Assembly (NCBI GenBank): GCA_040289515.1 | Contig: PSLI01000003.1 | Coordinates: 10,459-74,458 of the forward strand | DNA length: 64,000 bases | Source of the DNA: Candidatus Sysuimicrobiota bacterium | Lineage (GTDB): Bacteria > Sysuimicrobiota > Sysuimicrobiia > Sysuimicrobiales > Sysuimicrobiaceae | Direction: 5' to 3' | Part shown: positions 19,265 to 28,281 of the stretch, one piece after another | Layout: every line of letters starts with the position of its first letter | Numbering within the stretch: the stretch's first letter is position 1 | Translations under genes and position numbers: made by a program | Notes under the pieces: model-generated | Told to the model about the DNA's origin: nothing | Seen by the model: the letters and a program-made list of their open reading frames with translations, nothing else | The model's database searches: none

Positions 19265-20386
19265 ATGCGGGTGAGGGTGTCAGCGGAAGTCAAATTGGTC
19301 GGTGCGTGGCTGGTCGCCACGCGAACGGTGCTCTGGGGAGTCGGACTGGTGTCGCGGGAGATCCTGCAGCCGTTCCTGCCGGTTCAGGAGCCAGGCGCGC
19401 CATTTACCACCAACCAGGCTCTCGCAGTATGGGGCCACTGGGACACGCGTTGGTACCTGGACATCGCTCGCCGGGGGTATTCGGCTGAGCCGATCCCGGA
19501 AACAGGCGAGGCGAACTACGCCTTCTTTCCGCTGTATCCACTGTTGGTGAGGGCGCTCGCGGTGTTCCTGGGGGATGTTTACCTCGCGGGCTTGATCGTG
19601 TCCAATGCTTCCCTGCTGGTCGCCGGGATCCTGCTCTACCGTCTGACGGCATTCGAGGACGACGAAGTGACCGCGCGCCGTGCCGTCAAATACCTGTTTT
19701 TGCTTCCTACGGCTTTCGTGTTTTCTGGCGTTCTGTCGGAGTCGCTGTTCGTGGCTGTGAGCGTGGGTGCGTTCTACGCAACGCGGAGAAACCGGTGGTG
19801 GCTAGCGGGGCTGCTGGGAGGGTGCGCTGCCTTGAGCCGCCCCCAAGGGGTGCTGCTCATTCTCCCACTCGCGTGGCTGTGCTTCGCAGATCGGGACCGG
19901 CGACAGCGGTGGTTAGACTACTTGCCCCCGCTGGTTTTGGTGCCGGCAGGCTTGGCAGGTTGGGTGGCGTACACGTGGAGCCTTACAGGCGATCCCCTGG
20001 CCTTCGTAAACGTGCAGCGAGCGTGGCGGAAGGTGCCATCGAACCCCGCAGAGGTCCTGGTGCAGGGCCTGCTTGCGCATGCTCCTCAGCTGCGTGTGGG
20101 AGCGTGGTTTGGGGCGGTCGCACGGGCGCTCGCGTTTTCTTTCTGGAGGCTGTTGGGTTTTCCGTACTTCCTGGTCTGCCTTGCCGCTGTGTTGCCAGCC
20201 CTGAGCAGCGGATGGACGTCGCTGTACAGCACCCCACGGTACGTTGCAAGCGCTTGGCCGCTCGCGATTCTGTTCGCCAAGCTGGGGAGACGGGGAGAGG
20301 TGGACGGGGTGGCTGCGGCTTCCTTGGCGCTTCTTCAGGGCTTTTTGATGGTTTTTTGGAGCAACGGCTCACGCATGGTGATGTGA
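19265..20386 (+). CDS. PIG-V/GPI-mannosyltransferase-2-like membrane glycosyltransferase
   Basis: ...AVWGHWDTRWYLDIARRGYS... matches the signature W-D-x2-W/F-Y-L-x-I-A-x2-G-Y of PIG-V-type mannosyltransferases; about 8 TM segments; GGGGGAAG RBS before ATG 19265. Confidence 0.65.
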   Translation: MRVRVSAEVKLVGAWLVATRTVLWGVGLVSREILQPFLPVQEPGAPFTTNQALAVWGHWDTRWYLDIARRGYSAEPIPETGEANYAFFPLYPLLVRALAVFLGDVYLAGLIVSNASLLVAGILLYRLTAFEDDEVTARRAVKYLFLLPTAFVFSGVLSESLFVAVSVGAFYATRRNRWWLAGLLGGCAALSRPQGVLLILPLAWLCFADRDRRQRWLDYLPPLVLVPAGLAGWVAYTWSLTGDPLAFVNVQRAWRKVPSNPAEVLVQGLLAHAPQLRVGAWFGAVARALAFSFWRLLGFPYFLVCLAAVLPALSSGWTSLYSTPRYVASAWPLAILFAKLGRRGEVDGVAAASLALLQGFLMVFWSNGSRMVM

Positions 20387-20406
20387 GTCTTGCAAGAGGA
20401 CGGGCT

Positions 20407-21951
20407 GTGGAGTGCCGGCTGGCGAAGCAGGCGCTGAAAGAGCGGGGCCGGTGGTACCTGGAACCGGTACCAGGTACCGTCCTGTGGGGGCTGGCGTTGC
20501 TGGCCGTCCTGGCGGTAGCCGCAGCAGTCCGCTGGGAGCTGCTGGCCACCCGCAGCTTGTGGTACGACGAAGGCTACAGCCTGTTTGTGGCCCGTATGGG
20601 CGGGCGGCAGATCCTGCAGTTCCTCAAGGCCAACGACGCGCACCCCGCAGGCTACTACGTCCTCCTCTCCTTCTGGATTCAGCGCTTCGGCGAGGGGCTT
20701 CTGGTTGCTCGGCTGCCGTCCTTCGTATTCGGGGTGGCCGCGGTGGCTCTCACGTGGTTGGTGGCAAGCCGCCTGCACGGGCCCGCTTCAGCCGCGGTCG
20801 CCGCGCTGCTCGTGGCAATTCACCCGTTCCAGGTGATGGCGTCCAACGAGCTGCGGATGTACTCGCTGCTGACGGTGCTGGTGCTTGCCGCCGTTCTTGC
20901 CGCGGTGCGGGCCATCCGGGGAGGGGACAGTTGGGCGCTGCTGCTGGGCGTGCTGTGGGCTGCGGTGGGGTACACGAGCTACTACGGGCTGCTGGCCGTG
21001 GTCGGGATGGCTGCCGCGCTGTGGACGGGCGGCCACCGAAAAGTCGCGGGCCTCGCGGCGGCTACAGGGCTGGCCCTGTACCTTCCATGGCTCCCGTACC
21101 TGGCGGGGTTCTGGCGTGCCAACCCGCAGCTGTGGACGCGGGAGACGCTGTGGTGGGGGTATCCGGTGGAACTACTCGCCGCGCAGGCCTTCGGAGGGTA
21201 CTGGCCGGACACGTTCACGTACCACACGTCCTTCCGGGGCTCCGTGTTCCTGTATGTCCCGCTGCTCGTTCCCTACGGGCTGTTTGCCGCGGCAACGGTG
21301 GCACTGGCGGGCCGCGAACGCTCCGAGGGGCTGCGGCTGGTGCGGTGGACCTGGATGACGGCTTTCGTGGCGATCCTGGGGTTGTCCCTGGCGATGGGCT
21401 GGGCCGCTGCTTACCCCCGGCACCTGACTTTCCTGCAGCCGCTGGCGGCGTGCTGGGTGGCCGTGGGGCTGGTGGAACTCAGCCGGGCGTTGCGGCTGCG
21501 GTCCCGGGCGGCGGGGTTGGGGGTGCTGTGGCTTTTGAGCCTGCAGGGTCCTGCGCTGGTGGCCATGCAATCCGACCCCCGGTACCAAAGCTACCGGTAC
21601 GACCTGGCGGCCCGGTTCGTGCAGTCGGCCTTCCGCGCCGGGGACGCGGTGGTGTACGTCCCGGGCGGCACCTCTCTGGCGTTCGAGTACTACTTCCGTC
21701 CGCCGGGCCCGCGGGTGGAAGTGCGGATCCAGCCGCGCCCGTACCGCCCGGAGGAGTGGCGCCCGCGGTTCGACAGGGGGCTGCGGGCTCTGGTAGGGCA
21801 GGTACAGCGGGTGTGGACGGTGACCACGGCGCCCGCGCCCCCCGCAGCGGAGGCGGCGCTGAAGGAGGCGCTGGGGGCACGGGGCTATCGGGTGGTAGGC
21901 GAGCGCGCGTTCCCCGGCCTGAAGGTGAGCCTCGCCGTGCGCGCGCGCTAG
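20407..21951 (+). CDS. GT-C superfamily membrane glycosyltransferase, PMT/ArnT-like (paralog of 17510..19012)
   Basis: ...RSLWYDEGYSLFVA..., HPAGYYVLL, SYRYDLAARF: the same motif set and order as the upstream paralog; AGAGGA RBS 6 nt before GTG 20407. Confidence 0.7.
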   Translation: MECRLAKQALKERGRWYLEPVPGTVLWGLALLAVLAVAAAVRWELLATRSLWYDEGYSLFVARMGGRQILQFLKANDAHPAGYYVLLSFWIQRFGEGLLVARLPSFVFGVAAVALTWLVASRLHGPASAAVAALLVAIHPFQVMASNELRMYSLLTVLVLAAVLAAVRAIRGGDSWALLLGVLWAAVGYTSYYGLLAVVGMAAALWTGGHRKVAGLAAATGLALYLPWLPYLAGFWRANPQLWTRETLWWGYPVELLAAQAFGGYWPDTFTYHTSFRGSVFLYVPLLVPYGLFAAATVALAGRERSEGLRLVRWTWMTAFVAILGLSLAMGWAAAYPRHLTFLQPLAACWVAVGLVELSRALRLRSRAAGLGVLWLLSLQGPALVAMQSDPRYQSYRYDLAARFVQSAFRAGDAVVYVPGGTSLAFEYYFRPPGPRVEVRIQPRPYRPEEWRPRFDRGLRALVGQVQRVWTVTTAPAPPAAEAALKEALGARGYRVVGERAFPGLKVSLAVRAR

Positions 21952-22025
21952 GGCCGCCCCAACGGTACCGAGAACCGGAGTTGACAAAATGGCTAAACCA
22001 ACTAGGCTGAAAACTGGCGGACCAA

Positions 22026-22230
22026 GTGGGGAAGATTGTGAACGTGCACGGGGAGAAAGCGCGTTTGCCGGGGCGGGGAGGAGATCGTAATCGCCAAGCG
22101 CGGGAAGCCCTACGCGAGTGTGGTGCCGGCAGGCGAAGACCGGGTGCTGCGGAGCTTTCTGCGGTTACGCGTCCCGAACACATTTGTCGGGACCCTTGTC
22201 GAGCGAGGAGCTAGATCGTCTAGTCTGGTA
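22026..22230 (+). pseudogene. Degraded (frameshifted) Phd/YefM-type type II antitoxin remnant in a lower-GC patch
   Basis: Frame 1: MGKIVNVHGEKARLPG... ; frame 2 continues ...GEEIVIAKRGKPYASVVPAGEDRVL..., together resembling K-x-V-S-V-x-EAKA-x-L...GEEVVIT-RRGKPVA-LVP of Phd/YefM antitoxins; a frame switch falls near 22065-22080; no toxin gene follows. Confidence 0.35.
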
Positions 22231-22421
22231 GCAAACGCATCATGGTGGTTGCTCTCGACCACCCCAGAACAGGTCGGTGGTTGTTGTAGAGCTCCGGGTA
22301 GCGGTCGAGGGGGGCCTGCAGGCGCGGGAGGCGGGTGAAGAACCGGCGGCTACTGTTAACTTAACGCAACAATTCCGAAGCAGTTCAGCCCCAGGCGGGG
22401 AGAAACGCGACCCGGGAGGTG

Positions 22422-23780
22422 ATGGCGGTGGACCACAGGCGATGGGTGGCGGCGGTCGGGCTGGCGGCGTTCGTGCTGCTGGCGCTGGCTCCGGCGCAGG
22501 CCCAGCGAACCGTGACGCTGGTAGCCTGGACCGTTGGGCCGGATAACCCGTCGGTGACTCGCTTCACTAACCTGCAGGCGGCGGTCGAGCGCCTGAACAG
22601 GGACCTGCAACGAGAGGGGGCGGGGGTTCAGGTCAAGCTGGAGGGGTTCTTCGATACGACCGAGTGGGACCCGTACCTGCGGCGGGTGCTGCTGGCGTTC
22701 CAGAGCGGGAACCCACCCGATCTCGTGCAGGCGTCCCACCCGCTTACCGCCACCTGGGCGGCCGCGGGATTCATCACGGCCCTCGACGACCTCATTCCCC
22801 GGTACCGCCAGTTCGCCGACGTGGTGGAGTCCCTGTGGGACGCGGTGCGGTATCGGGGAAAGATCTGGGGCATTCCGCAGGACACCGAAGCGCGCCCGCT
22901 GTACTTCAACAAGACCCTGCTGAAGCAACTCGGGTGGACCGACCACCAGATCGCCTCCCTGCCCGAACGGATCACCAAGGGCGAGTTCACCTGGGAGGAC
23001 GTGCTGACCACCGCCCGGGAGGCCGTGCAGAAGAAGGTGGTGGAATCCGGCAAAGGCTACTACCACCGGCCGCGCCCGGGTCCGGACTTCCTTCAGTGGT
23101 ACCGGTCTTTCGGCGGTCGGGATTTTGACGCCGGCAGCGGCAAGCTGGTCTTCACTCGGGAAGCGGCGCTGCGGTACTTCCGCTGGCTGCGGGCGGCGGT
23201 GGACGCCAGCGTGCTGGAGCGGAACCGCCTCGACGGTGATTGGAGCCGCTTCCACCAGACCGTCACCGACGGCAAGGTCCTGTTCTTCTCCGGCGGCACG
23301 TGGAACTGGGCGGAGTGGGAGCAGCAGTGGGTGGCCGGCAAGGGCGGCCAGGACTGGCTGTTCGCCAACTTCGGCTTTGCCCCGCACCCGACCTGGCGGC
23401 GGGGAGGCCGGCCGATCACCCTGTCCCAGCCCCAGGCCTACATGATTTCGGCGGCGTCCAAGAACAAGCCCCTCGCGATGCGCCTGCTGGCCTACACCAC
23501 GGTGCCGGACCTGGACGCCAAGCATGCCGTGGGCAGCGCGCACCTCCCGGTGCTGCGCACCACGGCCCGGTTGATCAGGGACCGCTTCCTCCGGGAAGTG
23601 AGCTACCTGCTCACCTACACGACGTTCCAGCCGCCGCATCCGGACCTACCGCGGTGGCAGGACGCCCTCTTCCGGGGAGTGTCGGCGGTGGAGGCCGGCC
23701 AGGTCACACCCGAACAGGCCGTGGACCTGGTGGCAGCTGAGATGCAGCGCGCCATCGGGGATAAGGTCGTCATCGAGTAG
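22422..23780 (+). CDS. ABC transporter periplasmic substrate-binding protein (family 1; UgpB-like)
   Basis: Signal peptide AVGLAAFVLLALAPAQA, then a family-1 solute-binding fold; first gene of a B-A-E-C-Q arrangement identical to ugpBAECQ. Confidence 0.8.
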   Translation: MAVDHRRWVAAVGLAAFVLLALAPAQAQRTVTLVAWTVGPDNPSVTRFTNLQAAVERLNRDLQREGAGVQVKLEGFFDTTEWDPYLRRVLLAFQSGNPPDLVQASHPLTATWAAAGFITALDDLIPRYRQFADVVESLWDAVRYRGKIWGIPQDTEARPLYFNKTLLKQLGWTDHQIASLPERITKGEFTWEDVLTTAREAVQKKVVESGKGYYHRPRPGPDFLQWYRSFGGRDFDAGSGKLVFTREAALRYFRWLRAAVDASVLERNRLDGDWSRFHQTVTDGKVLFFSGGTWNWAEWEQQWVAGKGGQDWLFANFGFAPHPTWRRGGRPITLSQPQAYMISAASKNKPLAMRLLAYTTVPDLDAKHAVGSAHLPVLRTTARLIRDRFLREVSYLLTYTTFQPPHPDLPRWQDALFRGVSAVEAGQVTPEQAVDLVAAEMQRAIGDKVVIE

Positions 23781-23838
23781 AGGGTGCGGCGGGCGCAGGC
23801 GGCTGCGCTGCCTGCGCCCGCCCAAGCCTGGCGACGTC

Positions 23839-24819
23839 ATGGGAGAACCGGAGCGGGTCGCCGGGAGAATGCAGGTACAGGCCCGGCTTGCCAGGGAAGC
23901 GACCATCGGGCGGGCCCGGACGTGGGCGCGGCGCCATCTGACGCCGGCGGCGTTCCTGGCTCCGGCCACCATCCTGATCGTGCTGTTCTTCCTGGTGCCC
24001 GTGGTGGCCACGCTGCTGCTGTCCCTCACCGATATCTCCACCGTCACCTTCCGCGCCCCCCGGTGGGTGGGGCTGGAGAACTACCGCTACCTCTTCCGGG
24101 ATCCCTTTCTCCCCAGGATCCTGCTGAACACCGCTCGGTACGTGGGGCTCACGCTGCTGTTTAACGTGGGGATGGGGCTGACCCTGGCCCTGCTGAGCAC
24201 GTCCGTACGCCCGGGGTACGGCAATCAGGTCCGCGCCCTGTGGCTGCTACCCCGCATCATGCCGCCGGTGGTGTACGTGCTGGTGTGGCAGGGTCTCACC
24301 CGCGAGGCTCCCTACGGGCTGGTGGGGATCCTTACCGGCAGCTCGCGCAGCTGGATTACCGAACATCCGTGGACGACCATCGTGCTGGCCAACGGCATGG
24401 TGGGGGCGTCTTTCGGGATGCTGATCTTCACCTCGGCGATCCGCTCGATGTCGCCCGAGTTGTTCTACGCGGCGGCGGTGGATGGCGCCACCACCTGGCA
24501 GACGGTCCGACGGGTGGTTCTACCCTTGCTACGCTGGCCGATCCTGTTCGTCACGGCCTACCAGACCCTCTCGCTGCTCACCTCCTTTGAGTACATCCTC
24601 CTGCTGACCGACGGCGGACCGGGGTTCTTCACCACCACGGTCTGGTCGCTGCACGCCTACAAGCTGGCCCTGTCCAACTACTACGGCAACGTGCAATTCG
24701 GCCTGGGGGCGGCGATGGCCGCGGTTTTGGTGGTGATCGGCGTGGTGGTCTCTGTTTTGTACCTGCGCATCTTCAACTTCCGGGCGCTGATCGGCGAGCC
24801 AAAGATCGAGGTACCGTGA
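23839..24819 (+). CDS. ABC transporter permease (UgpA/MalF-like)
   Basis: 6-TM permease with EAA-type loop ...AAVDGATTWQTVRRVVLPLL...; start may instead be ATG 23869. Confidence 0.8.
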   Translation: MGEPERVAGRMQVQARLAREATIGRARTWARRHLTPAAFLAPATILIVLFFLVPVVATLLLSLTDISTVTFRAPRWVGLENYRYLFRDPFLPRILLNTARYVGLTLLFNVGMGLTLALLSTSVRPGYGNQVRALWLLPRIMPPVVYVLVWQGLTREAPYGLVGILTGSSRSWITEHPWTTIVLANGMVGASFGMLIFTSAIRSMSPELFYAAAVDGATTWQTVRRVVLPLLRWPILFVTAYQTLSLLTSFEYILLLTDGGPGFFTTTVWSLHAYKLALSNYYGNVQFGLGAAMAAVLVVIGVVVSVLYLRIFNFRALIGEPKIEVP

Positions 24820-25643
24820 TGCCGCTGCTCCCGCCCCGGTGGCGCTTGCTCGTGCTGGTGCTGGCCGTGCTGACCCTGCCCATCGTCACCGGGGTGCTGT
24901 GGCTGCTGCTCACGGGATGGTTCGACGTGGTCCATGGGTTGCTGCCCGTCGGCGGGGGGTCGTTGGAGAACTGGCGCTTTCTGTGGACATCGGTGGGCGG
25001 CCGGCCCCCCCTGCGGATCCCCTTGATGAACTCCTTGATCTTCGCCGGCGTGGTGGCGACCCTGGAGGTGGTGATCGCGTCCATGGCCGGCTACGCCATC
25101 GCCCGCATGGCGTTTCCCGGGCGCCGGGGATTGCTGGGGCTGGTTCTGGTCCTGCACGCGTTTCCCGCGGTCAGCCTGCTGATCGCCATCTTCTACATTC
25201 TGCGGATTCTCGGGCTGTTTGATACCTTGCTGGGTGTGATCCTGGTGAAGGTCGCCCTGGAGCTGCCCCTGGGGATCTGGTTGATGAAGGGATTCTTTGA
25301 CTACCTGTCCTGGGAAATCGAGATGGCGGCGCTGGTGGACGGCATGTCCCGGTGGGGGGTGTTCTGGAGAATCGCCCTGCCCATGGCCCGGCCAGGCTTG
25401 CTAGCCTTGGGCACGTTTGCGCTGCTGTCGGCGTGGGGAGAGTTCATCTTGCCCTTCACGCTGATCGTCTCCAGCCAACGGTGGACCATGGCCATGTACA
25501 TGCAGAGCTTCTTGAGTGAGGCGTTCACCGACTTTGGAATGATGGCCGCGGTGGGCCTGGTGTATGCGGCGCCGGTCCTGATCCTGTTCGCTCTGGGTCA
25601 GCGCTACTTGCTGAACATTTACACGGGAGGCGTGAAAGGGTGA
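24816..25643 (+). CDS. ABC transporter permease (UgpE/MalG-like)
   Basis: ...EMAALVDGMSRWGVFWRIALPMARPGL... EAA motif; 4-nt overlap with the upstream permease. Confidence 0.8.
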   Translation: MMPLLPPRWRLLVLVLAVLTLPIVTGVLWLLLTGWFDVVHGLLPVGGGSLENWRFLWTSVGGRPPLRIPLMNSLIFAGVVATLEVVIASMAGYAIARMAFPGRRGLLGLVLVLHAFPAVSLLIAIFYILRILGLFDTLLGVILVKVALELPLGIWLMKGFFDYLSWEIEMAALVDGMSRWGVFWRIALPMARPGLLALGTFALLSAWGEFILPFTLIVSSQRWTMAMYMQSFLSEAFTDFGMMAAVGLVYAAPVLILFALGQRYLLNIYTGGVKG

Positions 25644-26686
25644 GGGGAATCCGGGTTCGTCTGGAGCGGCTGAGCAAGCGTTTTGGCCACGTGGTGGCCG
25701 TCCAGGCACTGGATCTGGAGGTGGCGCCGGGCGAGTTGCTGGCGCTCTTGGGACCGTCGGGATGCGGTAAGAGCACCACGTTGCTGATGATCGCCGGTAT
25801 TTACCAGCCCACCGCCGGTGCCATCTACTTCGGGGAGCGGCGGGTGGACCACCTTCCCCCCCGGGACCGCGACGTAGGGATGGTCTTCCAATCCTACGCC
25901 CTGTATCCCCACCTGACCCTTTTCGAGAACATCGCGTTCCCTCTGCGGCTGAAGCGGCGTTCTTCCGTTGAGGTCACCAGGGTGGTGCGCCGCACAGCGG
26001 AGCTCCTGGGGATCGCGCCGGTGCTAGACCGGTATCCGGCCCAGGTGTCCGGCGGCCAGCAACAGCGAGCGGCTCTGGCCCGGGCGCTGGTGAAGGAGCC
26101 ACAGGTGTTGCTGCTGGACGAGCCGTTGTCGAACCTGGATGCTCAGATCCGGGTGCAAGCCCGGGGAGAGATCCGTCGGCTCCAGCAGGAGCTGGGCATA
26201 ACCACCATGCTGGTCACCCACGATCAGGCCGAGGCGCTGGCCATGGCCGACCGGGTGGCGGTGTTCTCCATGGGCCAACTGCTGCAGGTGGCCACGCCTG
26301 ACGAACTGTACCGGCGGCCAGCCAACACCTTCGTGGCCCGGTTTGTCGGCCACCCACCCATGAACGTGTTGGAGGGCACCTTCACCGACGGGCAGTTCGT
26401 CGCTGGGTCGCTGCGGTTTCCGCTGCTGGTGGCGGCGCCCCCGGGCCCGGGATACCTGGGCATCCGTCCCGAGGACGCCCACCTGCGGGGTTCCATCCCT
26501 GGCCGTGTCGTGGTGGTGGAGTCTCAGGGGCGCCACGCCCTGGTGACCGTGGACGTCGGGGGGGTCGAGCTGAAGGTGCTGGTGGATCAGGGCGACCGCC
26601 CGGCGGTGGGAGCACAGGTCGGGGTGGGAGTGGAGCCCCCCGCCGTCCACCTGTTCGACATGTCCGGAGTACGCATCGAACCGTAG
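25640..26686 (+). CDS. ABC transporter ATP-binding protein (UgpC/MalK-like)
   Basis: Walker A GPSGCGKST, signature LSGGQQQR, Walker B LLLDEPLS, plus a C-terminal TOBE-like regulatory domain. Confidence 0.9.
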   Translation: MRGIRVRLERLSKRFGHVVAVQALDLEVAPGELLALLGPSGCGKSTTLLMIAGIYQPTAGAIYFGERRVDHLPPRDRDVGMVFQSYALYPHLTLFENIAFPLRLKRRSSVEVTRVVRRTAELLGIAPVLDRYPAQVSGGQQQRAALARALVKEPQVLLLDEPLSNLDAQIRVQARGEIRRLQQELGITTMLVTHDQAEALAMADRVAVFSMGQLLQVATPDELYRRPANTFVARFVGHPPMNVLEGTFTDGQFVAGSLRFPLLVAAPPGPGYLGIRPEDAHLRGSIPGRVVVVESQGRHALVTVDVGGVELKVLVDQGDRPAVGAQVGVGVEPPAVHLFDMSGVRIEP

Positions 26687-26751
26687 GAGGTGGCGGCGAT
26701 GGGTACGGGGAACGCGGTGCCCAAACGGTACCGTACCGGCTCAGGTGGCTG

Positions 26752-27048
26752 CTGGAGGAGAACCTGGACGGGCTGACCCGCACCGAGATCTTCGGTCCCG
26801 TGCGGACCCTGGTCCGTGTGTGGACGGTGGGGGAGGCCGTCGCGGTAGTGGAACGCACCGGCTACAGGCACACGGCCAACGTGGGCATCCAGGTCGGGGG
26901 GGCAGCCCTCATGACCTTCTTCTCGTGTGCCGGGTGGGAGGAGAGCGTCCTTGGCGACCTGCACGGGCAGGAGCGCGGCGCGATGGAGTTCTATACCGAA
27001 AAGAAGGTGGCCGTGGAGGCTTGGCCCGAGTCCTGGGCCCGTCGGTGA
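26752..27048 (+). pseudogene. 3' remnant (~98 codons) of an aldehyde dehydrogenase gene
   Basis: ...LEENLDGLTRTEIFGPVRTLVRVWTVGEAVAVVERTGY...SVLGDLHGQERGAMEFYTEKKVAV... matches the ALDH C-terminus (EEIFGPV...; ...FGG-K-SG-GRE-G...YTE-K-V); no N-terminal 380 residues and no start. The frame runs open back into ugpC. Confidence 0.6.
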
Positions 27049-27050
27049 CC

Positions 27051-27980
27051 GTGGCTCCCGCCCTGCCCGCAAACCTGACGTATGCTGGTCGCCAGGTGAC
27101 CCTTAAGTACCACAAGCTGCTGTCCGGCCTGGGACGCCACCCCCCCAACAGCCTCGCAGCGTTACGGGAGGTGCTGGACGGCGGCGCGGCCGCCATCGAG
27201 TTCGACATCCAGCCTTTGGCCGACGGCGACTACGCGCTGCTGCATGATGGCCGCTTGGAGAGCGAGACGACCGGATTCGGAGCCGTGGACAGGACCGTTA
27301 CCCGTGCGCTGAAGGCGCTACGCCTGCGCGGGTCGGACGAGCCGCCGACCACCCTGTCCGAGGTCGCGGCGGTCCTGGCGAGCCACCGGGCGCCGCTGAA
27401 GGTCCAGGTGGACTGCAAGGAGCAGCGACCATGGTCGGAGGCGGACGCGCGGCGCCTGCTGAAGGCCCTCGAGCCGATCCGCCGCAACCCCCATCTCCGG
27501 GTGGTAGTCGGATGTTTAGCGGACTGGAACCTGCGCCTGTTACGCCGCCTGGACCCCACGGTGGTGGTCGGGCTGGATTTCATGCTGTACCTGGACAGCC
27601 CGGTGGACGATGCGATCCGGCTCCCCACTCGGGTGAACGCGTACGGCTACCTGGATGACCACCCCGTGGGCTACCGCCGCGCCCTGCCGGTGGCCGACTA
27701 CCTGGCCGACCGGGTGGAGAGCCTCAGCATGATGGTGGCTGGGGCCGAGGAGTTCTACCTGAGAAAGGAGTTCATCCTCCAGGCGCTCGGGGACGGGTTC
27801 AATCCCGTGGTATTCCTGCGGGAGCGCCTGGGCCGGCCGGTGGTGATCGACGCATGGACGGTAAATGCCCATCACCCCGGCGCCCGGGACGAGCTGGAGG
27901 CGGTGCTGCGGGCGGGGGTGGACCAGATCACCACCGACACGGCCACTGCGCTCGCAGCGCTGGCGGAGGGCCTGGGATGA
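27051..27980 (+). CDS. Glycerophosphodiester phosphodiesterase family protein (UgpQ-like)
   Basis: ...YHKLLSGLGRHPPNSLAALREVLDGGAAAIEFDIQPLADGDYALLHDGRLESETTGFGAV... GDPD fold motifs (H-R/K..., E-x-D, HD); GTG 27051 two codons after the ALDH-remnant stop. Confidence 0.7.
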   Translation: MAPALPANLTYAGRQVTLKYHKLLSGLGRHPPNSLAALREVLDGGAAAIEFDIQPLADGDYALLHDGRLESETTGFGAVDRTVTRALKALRLRGSDEPPTTLSEVAAVLASHRAPLKVQVDCKEQRPWSEADARRLLKALEPIRRNPHLRVVVGCLADWNLRLLRRLDPTVVVGLDFMLYLDSPVDDAIRLPTRVNAYGYLDDHPVGYRRALPVADYLADRVESLSMMVAGAEEFYLRKEFILQALGDGFNPVVFLRERLGRPVVIDAWTVNAHHPGARDELEAVLRAGVDQITTDTATALAALAEGLG

Positions 27981-28281
27981 GTCCGTGGCTGACAGCCGGC
28001 CGTCGCTTGGTCCTCACTCGCCGCGGTGCCTCAGCTGTCGCGCCGGAGAACAGCCGGTTGTGAACGCCTTTCTCCCGCCCCACAAAGGCAAAAGCCTCTG
28101 CGGCTTCGACGGTTTTTGAAGAAGGCCAGCGCCCTGTGCGCGATCCAATAGATCCCGGGCCACCTGCGAGATCGGCCGCCCTGAGGTGCGGATCGACTGC
28201 GCCGCCTCCTCCGGGAACTGCCGCGGGGAAGGGGGTCTGTTCCTGGGCATCGTGGATCCCCCCTTGCACCGGGGACGGGCC

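Noticed and set aside
26800-27048. Track ORF 26800..27048 as an independent 82-aa gene
   Set aside because: Reinterpreted: its sequence is the C-terminus of an aldehyde dehydrogenase, and homology continues upstream of the first Met without a start, so it is a gene remnant and not a small protein gene.
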